Shown piece by piece: positions 1-9,097 of a stretch of DNA of 64,000 bases (position 1 is its first letter; each line of letters starts with the position of its first letter). The stretch is from contig JADGPR010000004.1 of assembly GCA_017882335.1 (NCBI GenBank), forward strand, positions 24,688 through 88,687, in the 5' to 3' direction. Source of the DNA: Bacteroidales bacterium. Lineage in GTDB: Bacteria > Bacteroidota > Bacteroidia > Bacteroidales > FEN-979. The notes under the pieces were generated by a model. That model was not told the DNA's origin. It did not search any database and saw nothing but the letters and a program-made list of their open reading frames with translations. The position numbers and the translations under genes are program-made.

Positions 1-851
1 TCGCTTTGCTCAAACTGACCCCGGTTCTTGTTGATGTTGACCCCGGAACTTTTAATATTGACTTGAAAGCTATTGAAAGGGCGATCACCCCAAAAACAAA
101 AGCCATCGTTCCTGTGCACCTGTTCGGACAATGCGCACCCATGGAAGAGATCATGGCGCTCGCCAAAAAGCACAACCTTTTTGTGTTAGAAGATAACTGC
201 CAGGCCATCGGTTCGGATTATATTTTTAACAGCGGCTCCCAGAAAAAAGCAGGAACCATCGGGCATATCGGATGCACTTCGTTCTTCCCTTCAAAGAACC
301 TGGGCTGCTACGGCGACGGCGGCGCCATCTTTACCAATGACGATGAACTGGCAAAACAGCTCCGGGTTATTGTTAACCATGGGATGGTGGTTCGTTACCA
401 CCATGATGTTATTGGCGTAAATTCACGGCTCGACAGCATCCAGGCTGCCATTCTCCATGTGAAACTGGGACATCTCGACGAATATGCCGCAAAACGTAGG
501 GCAGCAGCCGATTTCTACGATAAAGCATTTGCCAATAATCCCAGGTTGACGACCCCGGTACGGTATGCAAAATCAACCCATGTGTTTCACCAGTACACCC
601 TTGTCACACGGGATTTCAACCGGCAGGCCCTGATCGATCAACTGCTCGCCAAAGAGATCCCGGCCATGATCTATTACCCGGTACCCCTGCACCTTCAGAA
701 AGCCTATCTTGATCCACGTTACAAACCCGGTGATTTCCCGGTAACCGAAGCTTTGTCGGAATCGGTATTCTCTCTCCCCATGCATACAGAACTGGATGAT
801 GAACAGCTGAAACATATCGTTACTTCCGTCCTGGAATTTGTAAACCGGTAA
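1..851 (+). CDS. DegT/DnrJ/EryC1/StrS-family PLP-dependent sugar aminotransferase (WbpE-like), 5' end outside window
   Basis: ORF 6-851 is open to the window edge. The translation has the family PLP-lysine motif SFFPSKNLGCYGDGGA and LEDNCQAIGS. WbpD-like and WbpB-like genes follow directly. Confidence 0.9.
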   Translation, partial: ALLKLTPVLVDVDPGTFNIDLKAIERAITPKTKAIVPVHLFGQCAPMEEIMALAKKHNLFVLEDNCQAIGSDYIFNSGSQKKAGTIGHIGCTSFFPSKNLGCYGDGGAIFTNDDELAKQLRVIVNHGMVVRYHHDVIGVNSRLDSIQAAILHVKLGHLDEYAAKRRAAADFYDKAFANNPRLTTPVRYAKSTHVFHQYTLVTRDFNRQALIDQLLAKEIPAMIYYPVPLHLQKAYLDPRYKPGDFPVTEALSESVFSLPMHTELDDEQLKHIVTSVLEFVNR

Positions 852-854
852 CCC

Positions 855-1433
855 ATGGAAAAAGAATACTTTGCTCACGAAACCGCCGTCATTGACGATG
901 GTTGCAATATCGGAAAAGGCACGAAGATCTGGCATTTTTCTCACATTATGAATCGTTGCACGATCGGGGAGAATTGCAACATCGGGCAAAATGTTGTGGT
1001 TTCGCCGGATGTTGTCCTGGGTCGGAATGTAAAAGTGCAGAACAATGTTTCCATTTATACCGGTGTAACCTGTGAAGAAGATGTTTTTCTGGGGCCATCA
1101 ATGGTCTTTACCAACATCATTAACCCCCGCAGCCATATTATCCGGAAAGAGCAATATGCCCGGACCCTTGTTCGTAAAGGCGCATCGATCGGTGCAAATG
1201 CCACCATCGTTTGCGGTAATGAGATCGGCGAATATGCTTTTATCGGGGCCGGTGCAGTAGTGACGAAAAATGTTATGCCCTATGCATTGATCATGGGAAA
1301 CCCGGGAAGACACGTAGGTTGGATGAGCGAATACGGCCACAGGCTTGAGTTTGACGATAACGGCATGGCTGCATGCCCGGAAAGTCATGAGAAGTATCAA
1401 TTGAAAGACGGAAAAGTAAGTAAACAGGAATAA
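855..1433 (+). CDS. Hexapeptide-repeat (left-handed beta-helix) sugar N-acetyltransferase, WbpD-like
   Basis: 192 aa with repeated [LIV]G-x4 hexapeptides ([38 protein letters not shown]). Starts 4 nt after the aminotransferase stop. Confidence 0.85.
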   Translation: MEKEYFAHETAVIDDGCNIGKGTKIWHFSHIMNRCTIGENCNIGQNVVVSPDVVLGRNVKVQNNVSIYTGVTCEEDVFLGPSMVFTNIINPRSHIIRKEQYARTLVRKGASIGANATIVCGNEIGEYAFIGAGAVVTKNVMPYALIMGNPGRHVGWMSEYGHRLEFDDNGMAACPESHEKYQLKDGKVSKQE

Positions 1434-1439
1434 CGCTAC

Positions 1440-2429
1440 ATGGAAAAGAAGATTAACCCACTCAATTTTGCCCTGATCGGTGCCGCAGGTTATATTGCGC
1501 CCCGGCATATGAAGGCGATCAGGGACACAGGGAATAACCTGGTTGCAGCGCTTGATCCCTATGACGGTGTCGGGATCATCGACAGCTATTTTCCGGATGC
1601 CAACTTTTTTATTGAACCGGAACGCTTCGACCGGCACCTGGATAAATTGCGCCGCCTTGCAGACTCCAGCGGTTCTGAAGAGCACCGGAAAGTCGATTAT
1701 GTAAGCATCTGCTCTCCGAATTACATGCACGATTCCCATATCCGGTTGGCCATGCGCAACGACACCTTCGCCATCTGTGAAAAACCGATCGTGTTGAATC
1801 CATGGAACCTGGATGCCTTGCATGAGATCGAGAAGGAGACCGGGAAGAAGGTATTCACCATTCTCCAGGTAAGGCTTCACCCTGTTATCAAAGCCCTGCG
1901 GGAAAAAATCCTGAAAAGCGAGGATGATAAAGTTTACAATGTCGACCTGACCTATATCACCTCCCGCGGAAAATGGTATTATCGTTCCTGGAAGGGTAAC
2001 ATTGAAAAATCAGGAGGAATTGCAACAAACATCGGCATTCATTTTTTCGACCTTCTGACCTGGATCTTTGGTGAGGTAAAAGAGAACACGGTACACCTGC
2101 TTCAACCGGAAAAGGCTGCCGGGGTGTTGCATCTTAAAAAAGCCCGTGTCCGCTGGTTCCTGAGTCTGGATTACCAGGATAATCCTTCCGCAGTTAAAGA
2201 AAAAGAAATGCGGACGTTCCGTTCACTCAAAGTGGAAAACGAGGAGATTGAATTCAGTGACGGCTTTACAGACCTTCATACCGAAAGCTATCGCCAACTA
2301 TTGGCAGGAAACGGATTTGGAATTAAAGAAACCCGGAGCAGCGTTGAGATTGCACACCAAATTCGAAATTCAACTCCGATTGGAATTAAAGGGGATTATC
2401 ATCCGTTATTGAAGACCATCCGGAGATAA
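1440..2429 (+). CDS. Gfo/Idh/MocA-family NAD-dependent oxidoreductase, WbpB-like
   Basis: 329 aa with N-terminal Rossmann segment FALIGAAGYIAPRHMKAI. Its position directly after the WbpE/WbpD-like genes supports the call. Confidence 0.82.
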   Translation: MEKKINPLNFALIGAAGYIAPRHMKAIRDTGNNLVAALDPYDGVGIIDSYFPDANFFIEPERFDRHLDKLRRLADSSGSEEHRKVDYVSICSPNYMHDSHIRLAMRNDTFAICEKPIVLNPWNLDALHEIEKETGKKVFTILQVRLHPVIKALREKILKSEDDKVYNVDLTYITSRGKWYYRSWKGNIEKSGGIATNIGIHFFDLLTWIFGEVKENTVHLLQPEKAAGVLHLKKARVRWFLSLDYQDNPSAVKEKEMRTFRSLKVENEEIEFSDGFTDLHTESYRQLLAGNGFGIKETRSSVEIAHQIRNSTPIGIKGDYHPLLKTIRR

Positions 2430-2459
2430 ACCGGGATCCATCCTTAGATACGAAATGCT

Positions 2460-3476
2460 ATGAAGATTTTGGTTACAGGGGGAACAGGATACATCGGATC
2501 TCATACCGTTGTAGAACTTCAGAAAAAAGGATTTGAGGTAATAATAGCTGATAATTTATCCAATTCTTCGATCGATGTAATTGATAGCATTGGCAAGATC
2601 ACGGGAATTAAACCCCTTTTTGAAAAAATCGACCTTTCTGAACAGGAACCCACAAAGGATCTTTTCAGCCACTATCCCGACCTGAATTCCGTCATTCACT
2701 TTGCGGCTTATAAAGCGGTTGGCGAATCGGTTACGATGCCATTAAAATATTACCAGAACAACCTGTGTTCGCTCATAAACCTTCTCCGGGAAATGGAATC
2801 CCACGGGATCAGGGATATCGTCTTTTCTTCTTCCTGTACGGTTTATGGTCAGCCGGATATACTTCCTGTTACCGAGACGGCCCCCATAAAAAAAGCCGCA
2901 TCTCCTTATGGAAATACAAAACAGATTGCTGAAGAGATCATCACGGATGTAAGTAAGGTTACTGCTATCCAGGCTATCCTGCTCCGGTATTTCAATCCCA
3001 TCGGCGCACATGAATCCGCCCTGATCGGTGAACTTCCGCTGGGTGTTCCCAATAATCTGGTGCCGTATATCACGCAGACCGCCATCGGGAAAAGGGATTT
3101 CCTGAACGTTTGGGGAAAGGATTATCATACACCAGATGGAACGGCTATCCGGGATTATATCCACGTGGTTGACCTCGCAATGGCGCATGTAACCGCAATC
3201 GAGCGCATGCTGGAGGGGAAAAACAAACAAAAAGTCGAAGTTTTTAACCTTGGAACGGGGATCGGTTATTCAGTGCTGGATGTCATCAAATCATTTGAAC
3301 GCACATCGAAAGAAAAACTGAATTACAAGTTTATGGAACGCAGGCCAGGTGATGTGGAAGAGGTATGGGCTGATACGGAATTTGCCAACCGTGAACTGGG
3401 ATGGAAAGCCGAACGGGGACTGGATGAGATGACGCTGTCGGCCTGGCGGTGGGAACAGAGACTGGCCGGGTTGTGA
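2460..3476 (+). CDS. galE: UDP-glucose 4-epimerase
   Basis: 338 aa with KILVTGGTGYIGSH Rossmann motif and the SDR catalytic YxxxK (SPYGNTKQI). Length is typical of GalE. Confidence 0.93.
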   Translation: MKILVTGGTGYIGSHTVVELQKKGFEVIIADNLSNSSIDVIDSIGKITGIKPLFEKIDLSEQEPTKDLFSHYPDLNSVIHFAAYKAVGESVTMPLKYYQNNLCSLINLLREMESHGIRDIVFSSSCTVYGQPDILPVTETAPIKKAASPYGNTKQIAEEIITDVSKVTAIQAILLRYFNPIGAHESALIGELPLGVPNNLVPYITQTAIGKRDFLNVWGKDYHTPDGTAIRDYIHVVDLAMAHVTAIERMLEGKNKQKVEVFNLGTGIGYSVLDVIKSFERTSKEKLNYKFMERRPGDVEEVWADTEFANRELGWKAERGLDEMTLSAWRWEQRLAGL

Positions 3477-3481
3477 GAAGA

Positions 3482-3526
3482 CAGAGGTTGGAAGTCAGAA
3501 ATCGGACCTCGGACTTCTGACCTCTG
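3482..3526 (+). terminator. Interrupted hairpin 6 nt after the galE stop (possible terminator or processing structure, no T-tract)
   Basis: CAGAGGT(3482-3488)/ACCTCTG(3520-3526) and GAAGTC(3491-3496)/GACTTC(3512-3517) pair around a 2x2 nt internal mismatch and a 15-nt loop. Confidence 0.4.
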
Positions 3527-3537
3527 ATCTCAGAATA
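3482..3537. repeat. Eight degenerate tandem heptamers, consensus CNGANNT
   Basis: The units are cagaggt tggaagt cagaaat cggacct cggactt ctgacct ctgatct cagaata. G at position 3 and A at position 4 are invariant. Confidence 0.75.
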
Positions 3538-3572
3538 GTTAAGATGAAAAACAGGATTAATAATGACTTTTT

Positions 3573-4625
3573 ATGAAGACGATTTTAATAACAGGAGGAG
3601 CAGGTTTTATCGGTTCACATGTTGTCCGGGGGTTTGTGAAAAAGTATCCGCACTATCACATCATCAACCTCGACAAACTGACCTATGCAGGAAATCTGGC
3701 AAACCTTAAGGATATTGAAAACGAACCCAACTACGAATTTGTGAAAGAGGATATCACAGATGCTGAAGGGATGAATGCAGTCTTTCAGAAATATTCAATT
3801 GACGGCGTGATCCACCTCGCGGCAGAATCGCATGTCGACCGCTCGATCAGCAACCCGATGGAATTCATCTTTACCAATATTGTAGGGACTGTTAACCTGT
3901 TAAATGCAGCCCGTCTTTCCTGGAAAGAGAACACGGAACAAAAGCGGTTTTATCATATTTCAACGGATGAGGTGTATGGGTCACTCGGGGAGACAGGCCA
4001 TTTTACCGAGACTACTGCCTACGATCCGAGGAGTCCGTATTCTGCTTCCAAGGCAAGTTCAGATCACCTGGTACGGGCTTATTTTCACACCTATAAATTG
4101 CCTGTGGTGATCTCCAATTGTTCAAATAATTACGGTTCATTCCAGTTTCCCGAAAAGCTGATTCCCCTGTCCATAAACAACATCAGGAACAACAAGCCGA
4201 TCCCGATTTACGGGAAAGGTGAGAACATCCGCGATTGGCTCTTTGTGGAAGATCACGCCCGCGCCATCGACCTCATCTTCCATGAAGGAAAATCCGGAGA
4301 GACATACAATATCGGAGGGAATAACGAATGGACCAACATCAGCCTCATCCGCGAACTTTGCAAAATCATGGACCGTAAGCTGAATCGCCCCAAGGGTACT
4401 TCCGAACAGCTGATCACCTTCGTAAAAGACCGTGCCGGGCACGACCTGCGATACGCTATTGACTCATCGAAACTTCAACGGGAACTGGGATGGAAACCTT
4501 CCCTGCAGTTTGAGGATGGGCTGGAAAAAACAGTCGACTGGTATCTTGCGAATGAGAAATGGATGAACAACATCACCTCGGGCGATTACCAGAAATATTA
4601 TGAGAGTCAGTATGTAAAGAGGTAA
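3573..4625 (+). CDS. rfbB: dTDP-glucose 4,6-dehydratase
   Basis: 350 aa with ILITGGAGFIGSH, HLAAESHVDRS and YSASKASSDH motifs characteristic of RfbB. Confidence 0.95.
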   Translation: MKTILITGGAGFIGSHVVRGFVKKYPHYHIINLDKLTYAGNLANLKDIENEPNYEFVKEDITDAEGMNAVFQKYSIDGVIHLAAESHVDRSISNPMEFIFTNIVGTVNLLNAARLSWKENTEQKRFYHISTDEVYGSLGETGHFTETTAYDPRSPYSASKASSDHLVRAYFHTYKLPVVISNCSNNYGSFQFPEKLIPLSINNIRNNKPIPIYGKGENIRDWLFVEDHARAIDLIFHEGKSGETYNIGGNNEWTNISLIRELCKIMDRKLNRPKGTSEQLITFVKDRAGHDLRYAIDSSKLQRELGWKPSLQFEDGLEKTVDWYLANEKWMNNITSGDYQKYYESQYVKR

Positions 4626-4630
4626 GGACT

Positions 4631-5509
4631 CTATGCGCCTTCCACGGTCACATTCTGCCCGATCTTAGAAATCAATCCCTGCAAAACACTTCCCGGCCCG
4701 ACTTCCGTAAAGAGGGTAGCCCCATCTGCTATCATATTCCGGGTGAGTTGTGTCCATAAAACCGGTGCCGTTAACTGGGCAACCAGGTTTTCCTTGATCT
4801 TATCCGGATCCGTCACGCACTGGGCAGTGGCGTTCTGATAGATCGGGCAGACCGGGGAATGGAAACCCGTTGAATGAATTGCTTCTGCCAGTTCGATCCG
4901 GGCAGGTTCCATCAGGGGCGAATGAAATGCACCTCCGACTTTCAGCGGCAATGCCCTGCGGGCGCCTGCTGCCTTCAGCTTTTCACAGGCAATCCCGATC
5001 CCCTTGATACTTCCTGAGATTACGACCTGACCAGGACTGTTGTAATTTGCCGGAACAACTACTTCCTCAATGGATTTGCAGATTTCCTCGACCACCGAAT
5101 CTTCAAGACCGAGAATAGCAGCCATGGTGGAGGGTTCCTTTTCGCACGCTTTCTGCATGGCCTGTGCACGCTTGGATACGAGCATAAGCCCATCTTCGAA
5201 TGACAACGACTTATTAGCTACCAGGGCGGAAAATTCGCCCAGGGAGTGACCGGCAACCATATCGAGTTTGAATTTTTCACCCAGGGTAGCTGCCAGTATG
5301 ACAGAATGAAGAAATATGGCAGGCTGTGTAACCTTGGTTTGCCTGAGGTCTTCATCGGTACCTGCAAACATCAGGTCCGTGATACGGAAACCCAGAATCT
5401 CATTTGCCTTTTCAAACAGTTCTTTTGCAAGAGGTGAGTTTACGTACAGGTCTTTGCCCATACCAACAAACTGCGCTCCCTGTCCCGGGAATACGTATGC
5501 GTGTTTCAT
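4631..5509 (-). CDS. fabD: Malonyl-CoA:ACP transacylase
   Basis: 292 aa with N-terminal FPGQGAQ and the active-site GHSLGEFSAL motif. Confidence 0.95.
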   Translation of the reverse strand: MKHAYVFPGQGAQFVGMGKDLYVNSPLAKELFEKANEILGFRITDLMFAGTDEDLRQTKVTQPAIFLHSVILAATLGEKFKLDMVAGHSLGEFSALVANKSLSFEDGLMLVSKRAQAMQKACEKEPSTMAAILGLEDSVVEEICKSIEEVVVPANYNSPGQVVISGSIKGIGIACEKLKAAGARRALPLKVGGAFHSPLMEPARIELAEAIHSTGFHSPVCPIYQNATAQCVTDPDKIKENLVAQLTAPVLWTQLTRNMIADGATLFTEVGPGSVLQGLISKIGQNVTVEGA

Positions 5510-5521
5510 GTGGTTAGTTGA

Positions 5522-6265
5522 TTACTTCCTGTTGCCTAAAAAGCGCAGTAGAAACAAGAAAAGATTGATAAAATCAAGGTACAAGGTTAGCGCCCCGAGA
5601 ATGCTCATCTTTTTCACATCCGGATTCTGTACATCAACACCTATTCCGGCGCCGATCCTTTTCAGCTTCTGTACATCGTAAGCAGTGAGCCCGGTAAAGA
5701 TCAGGACACCCAGTACACTGATGATGTAATCCATCGTACTGCTGTGCATAAACATATTGACGACCATGGCAATGATAACCCCGAACAACGCCATCATCAG
5801 GATCGACCCGAATTTTGTAAGATCGGTCTTAGTGGTATACCCGAGAACCGCCATGACGCCAAACATTGCCGATGTAACGGCAAAGGTTTTGAAGACGGAT
5901 GAGCCGGTATAAACCAATAAAATAAAACTCAGGCTCATCCCCATAAGGACGGAGAAGGCGATGAACAATAATGTCATAATGGCAGGAGAAAGACGCTGAA
6001 AACCCATCGACATGAGTAAAACGAATCCAAGGGGTGCCAGCATGACGATCCATCCAAGGACCGACAATCCTCCGGTTTGTAAGTTGCGAAGGCTCCCGAT
6101 CAGTTCCGGGGTCGACGCAAACCAATAGGCCGTAACCGCTGTAACTGCCAGTGCCAGTGTCATCCATAAAAACACATTCGCAATGAAAGTCCTGGTAACT
6201 GGTAAGGTTTGTGTCGATTTGTATTCCTGTTCAATGATGTTGAATCCTCTGTGTTGCTGATCCAT
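5522..6265 (-). CDS. Bax inhibitor-1/YccA-family integral membrane protein
   Basis: 247 aa with about 7 hydrophobic helices and a basic C-terminal tail (LRFLGNRK), as is typical of the BI-1 family. Confidence 0.82.
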   Translation of the reverse strand: MDQQHRGFNIIEQEYKSTQTLPVTRTFIANVFLWMTLALAVTAVTAYWFASTPELIGSLRNLQTGGLSVLGWIVMLAPLGFVLLMSMGFQRLSPAIMTLLFIAFSVLMGMSLSFILLVYTGSSVFKTFAVTSAMFGVMAVLGYTTKTDLTKFGSILMMALFGVIIAMVVNMFMHSSTMDYIISVLGVLIFTGLTAYDVQKLKRIGAGIGVDVQNPDVKKMSILGALTLYLDFINLFLFLLRFLGNRK

Positions 6266-6296
6266 ATTATTTTTCTTTTAAATTAATAGGTTAAGA

Positions 6297-6908
6297 TTAA
6301 TGTAATTTCGTTCCGATCAGATGCAGAAACTCGGCACGGGTCTTTTCGCGTTCGAAAGCGCCGACAAAGTCGGATGTCGTTGTGACAGAGTTTTGCTTCT
6401 GAATTCCGCGCATCGACATACACAAATGCTGTGCCTCAATTACAACTGCCACGCCAAGGGGTTTCAGCGTGGTATTGATAGCATCCTTGATTTGTGAGGT
6501 AAGACGCTCCTGGACCTGCAAACGGCGTGCATAAATATCTACCACCCTTGCCAGCTTACTCAGCCCGGTGATATACTTGTCGGGAATATAAGCCACATGC
6601 GCTTTCCCGATAAACGGGATCATGTGGTGCTCACACAGTGAATAGATCTCAATGTCTTTTACGATCACCATTTCGCGGTAATCTTCCCGGAATTTGGCTG
6701 ACGACAGGATCTCGACAGGATCAAGATCATAGCCCTGTGTCAGGAATTGAATGGCTTTTGCGACTCTCAGCGGTGTTCTCTGAAGCCCTTCACGATCAGG
6801 GTTTTCCCCGATCAGGCGCAAGATCTCTTTGTAATGAAAACTCAGCTGCTCCGTTGTCGCGGCATCGTACTCTTCAACTCTTTCGTAGTTCATGTTCTTT
6901 TCGTTCAT
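6297..6908 (-). CDS. folE: GTP cyclohydrolase I
   Basis: 203 aa with the zinc-site motif [10 protein letters not shown] and the HLCMSMRG motif. Confidence 0.95.
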   Translation of the reverse strand: MNEKNMNYERVEEYDAATTEQLSFHYKEILRLIGENPDREGLQRTPLRVAKAIQFLTQGYDLDPVEILSSAKFREDYREMVIVKDIEIYSLCEHHMIPFIGKAHVAYIPDKYITGLSKLARVVDIYARRLQVQERLTSQIKDAINTTLKPLGVAVVIEAQHLCMSMRGIQKQNSVTTTSDFVGAFEREKTRAEFLHLIGTKLH

Positions 6909-6940
6909 GGTAAGCAGGGATTTCTGAAAGAATAAACGCG

Positions 6941-7354
6941 TTACTTTCCAAAATATTCTGCCATATTGTTCTCTGTTTCTTCAACCCTGATGCAATGCAA
7001 GGCAGCCCCCAGACCTGCAATTTCTCCTTCCAGTTCCTGCCAGATCGCGATCGCCAGGTTTTCCGTGGAGGCCAGTTTCCCTTTCATAAAATCTACTTCC
7101 AGGTTGATGTTCCTGTGATCCAGCGGAAGGATGACCTTCTCATTGATGATCCGGCTTAACTCCTTCAGGTTGATTACAAACCCTGTCTCTTTACTTACTT
7201 CTCCTTTCACGGTTACAAGCAGCGTGTAATTGTGCCCATGCCAGTTGGGGTTGGAACATTTCCCAAAGACTTTCAGATTTTGTTCGTCAGAATACTCCGT
7301 CCTGAACAGGCGGTGAGCTGCATTGAACCTTTCTTTCCGTGTGATAAAAACCAT
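6941..7354 (-). CDS. queD: 6-carboxy-5,6,7,8-tetrahydropterin synthase (6-pyruvoyl-tetrahydropterin synthase family)
   Basis: Has the [14 protein letters not shown] motif. The start is set at the internal Met ([14 protein letters not shown]) because the longer ORF (to 7381) abuts the upstream stop codon and adds non-homologous residues. Confidence 0.88.
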   Translation of the reverse strand: MVFITRKERFNAAHRLFRTEYSDEQNLKVFGKCSNPNWHGHNYTLLVTVKGEVSKETGFVINLKELSRIINEKVILPLDHRNINLEVDFMKGKLASTENLAIAIWQELEGEIAGLGAALHCIRVEETENNMAEYFGK

Positions 7355-7381
7355 ACTCATAAGGGTGTGCAAAGGTAGCAA

Positions 7382-8422
7382 TTATTTTTTCTTTTTAAAC
7401 CAGTTAAAACGGGTTCCTACCCAAAACCGCACCTGGCCAATATCATAATAAAAGGTTGAATTTCCGATCCATCCCGGGATTTTATCAAACCCCGAAACAA
7501 TTCCTGCTCCGATATACCAGGTATCCGTATTGTATCCAAGTGCAGCCCTCCAGGAAAGGGTGAAGGTGAAGTTCGCTGATGAATAAAATGCCTGGTCGGC
7601 CTGATATTGATAATGCTGCCAAAGAATTCCAGGGAATATTGCCGCATTCATGTAAAATTTTTTGAAAAGAACAAGGGTATAACTGTAACCAGGCGCCAGT
7701 CCAAACGAATAAAATTCACCATTCCGGAGAAGGAAATGATTGTTGATCCCATACGTGGATATTACTTCGACAGGTATAATGCCGTTTCCCGATGACAAAT
7801 TGTAATATAAAAATGTTGCCCGGATAATGATGCTGCCTGCACTCTTTTTTTGGCGCTCATTCTGGATAAATGCCGAACGGATCGAAAACCGTTCATGATT
7901 ATAGATCCAATATCCTGAGCATCCGAGTGAAAAGATCCGCATATCAGAGATTTTGAAAAAATTCCCCTGCGCGTCTTTGAGGTTCCGTATATAAAAACCC
8001 CTCAGATTCTGCAGATACAGTTCTGCAGCCACGGGTCTTCCGTAGGCATTTACCCGCAGATCAAGGACAGATGTATTTCCATATCTGGTCGCACTTCTTC
8101 TGAACAACGAATTTCCCAATGATAATCCAAGTCCGAACCATTTGTAGAACCCTGCAATTCCAATCCTTCCGGCAACGTTCGGAGTATAAATAATCTCTTC
8201 TGAAGTCCCGGGATTCAATACAAATGAAGCATCCTGGTACAACAGGAAGACCCGTGCCGTAAGCAGGTTTTTATAATCGGCAATATAGGCAGTATCAGTT
8301 TCGGGTAAACTGTCAACTCCTGTTGATAATTGCTGGGCAACAACGCCGTTACAAGTCCAATGTATGAATAAAATCAGGAGAAACAGGAAACTCCTCAGGG
8401 TGTTATGAAATTTGATTGCCAA
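7382..8422 (-). CDS. Hypothetical secreted/outer-membrane beta-barrel-like protein (resembles Bacteroidota DUF4421 proteins)
   Basis: 346 aa with an N-terminal signal peptide (FLFLLILFIHWTCNGVVAQQ), aromatic-rich alternating beta-strand-like sequence and a C-terminal aromatic-rich segment (RFNWF) followed by a KKKK tail. The family assignment is from memory, not searched. Confidence 0.55.
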   Translation of the reverse strand: MAIKFHNTLRSFLFLLILFIHWTCNGVVAQQLSTGVDSLPETDTAYIADYKNLLTARVFLLYQDASFVLNPGTSEEIIYTPNVAGRIGIAGFYKWFGLGLSLGNSLFRRSATRYGNTSVLDLRVNAYGRPVAAELYLQNLRGFYIRNLKDAQGNFFKISDMRIFSLGCSGYWIYNHERFSIRSAFIQNERQKKSAGSIIIRATFLYYNLSSGNGIIPVEVISTYGINNHFLLRNGEFYSFGLAPGYSYTLVLFKKFYMNAAIFPGILWQHYQYQADQAFYSSANFTFTLSWRAALGYNTDTWYIGAGIVSGFDKIPGWIGNSTFYYDIGQVRFWVGTRFNWFKKKK

Positions 8423-8430
8423 ATGAAAAA

Positions 8431-8832
8431 TTACTGCTGAGATGATTTAAAAAACGATACCAGGTTGACCACTTCGAAGATCATATAACAAAGATAAAGT
8501 ACAAAGAAGGAGATAGCAAAAGGTGCAGCATCCTGCCTGTTATGTAATAAATAGATGAAAATCACACCGATGAACAGGAACAATTTTACCACGGTAACGA
8601 GGAGATAGGAATTGATGAATTTGATGAATTTCGTGTGTACCGAACGGAGAATAAAATAATAACCGGCAAGCGTTACAGCAAAAAAAAACACAAATAAATA
8701 AGGAAGGGTAGGTGTAATAGCTCGTGCAGGTGTCAGGAATCCGATCCCGGTTGCCAGTAATCCAAGAATGATTGAAAATACCAGGATTCGACGCAAAAAA
8801 GTTAAGTACGCGGAAGATGTATTCCACTTCAT
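8431..8832 (-). CDS. Hypothetical small integral membrane protein (about 4 TM helices)
   Basis: 133 aa and strongly hydrophobic. It lies immediately downstream of the AtpZ-like gene in the same orientation. I recognise no catalytic motif. Confidence 0.6.
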   Translation of the reverse strand: MKWNTSSAYLTFLRRILVFSIILGLLATGIGFLTPARAITPTLPYLFVFFFAVTLAGYYFILRSVHTKFIKFINSYLLVTVVKLFLFIGVIFIYLLHNRQDAAPFAISFFVLYLCYMIFEVVNLVSFFKSSQQ

Positions 8833-8853
8833 AATTATGAATTATGAATTATG
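8833..8853. repeat. Three perfect tandem heptamers AATTATG (CATAATT on the coding strand) abutting a start codon
   Basis: aattatg occurs three times at 8833-8853, directly adjacent to the ATG (8830-8832, minus strand) of the 133-aa membrane-protein gene. Confidence 0.85.
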
Positions 8854-8881
8854 TGATGATTAACCATTGATTTCAAAAGTA

Positions 8882-9097
8882 TTATTTTTTCCTGAGAAGG
8901 TCACGCGTTATTGAATAGATGGAAATAAACACGGAAATAATTGAGAGAATGATGGTCAGGAGCGGCCCGGTATGCAGCCATTGGTCCAGTTTGTAGCCGC
9001 CAAAAACCCCGGCCATGATAATGACCAGCATCTGGAGCCCCATGCCTGAATAGCGTGCATAGGAATTAAGCTGTTGTTTCTTTTGGTCGGAATTCAT
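8882..9097 (-). CDS. AtpZ/AtpI-family small membrane protein
   Basis: 71 aa with the YARYSGMGLQMLVIIMAGVFGGYKLDQWL pattern (two TM helices) typical of AtpZ/AtpI-like proteins. Confidence 0.7.
   Translation of the reverse strand: MNSDQKKQQLNSYARYSGMGLQMLVIIMAGVFGGYKLDQWLHTGPLLTIILSIISVFISIYSITRDLLRKK

Noticed and set aside
1098-1880. A 260-aa ORF antisense to the WbpD-like and WbpB-like genes. Similar long antisense ORFs occur at 24624-25448 (274 aa, in recG), 36385-37017 (210 aa), 22453-23079 (208 aa, in gldN), 46204-46782 (192 aa, in kdsB), 48046-48609 (187 aa, in trmB), 28839-29402 (187 aa) and 33235-33795 (186 aa, in groEL).
   Set aside because: Each one lies opposite a sense-strand gene with unmistakable family motifs, and none has a motif of its own that I recognise. 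Their abundance is most simply explained by sense-strand codon usage that avoids TTA, CTA and TCA, which removes stop codons from the antisense frame. I therefore treat them as non-coding shadows.
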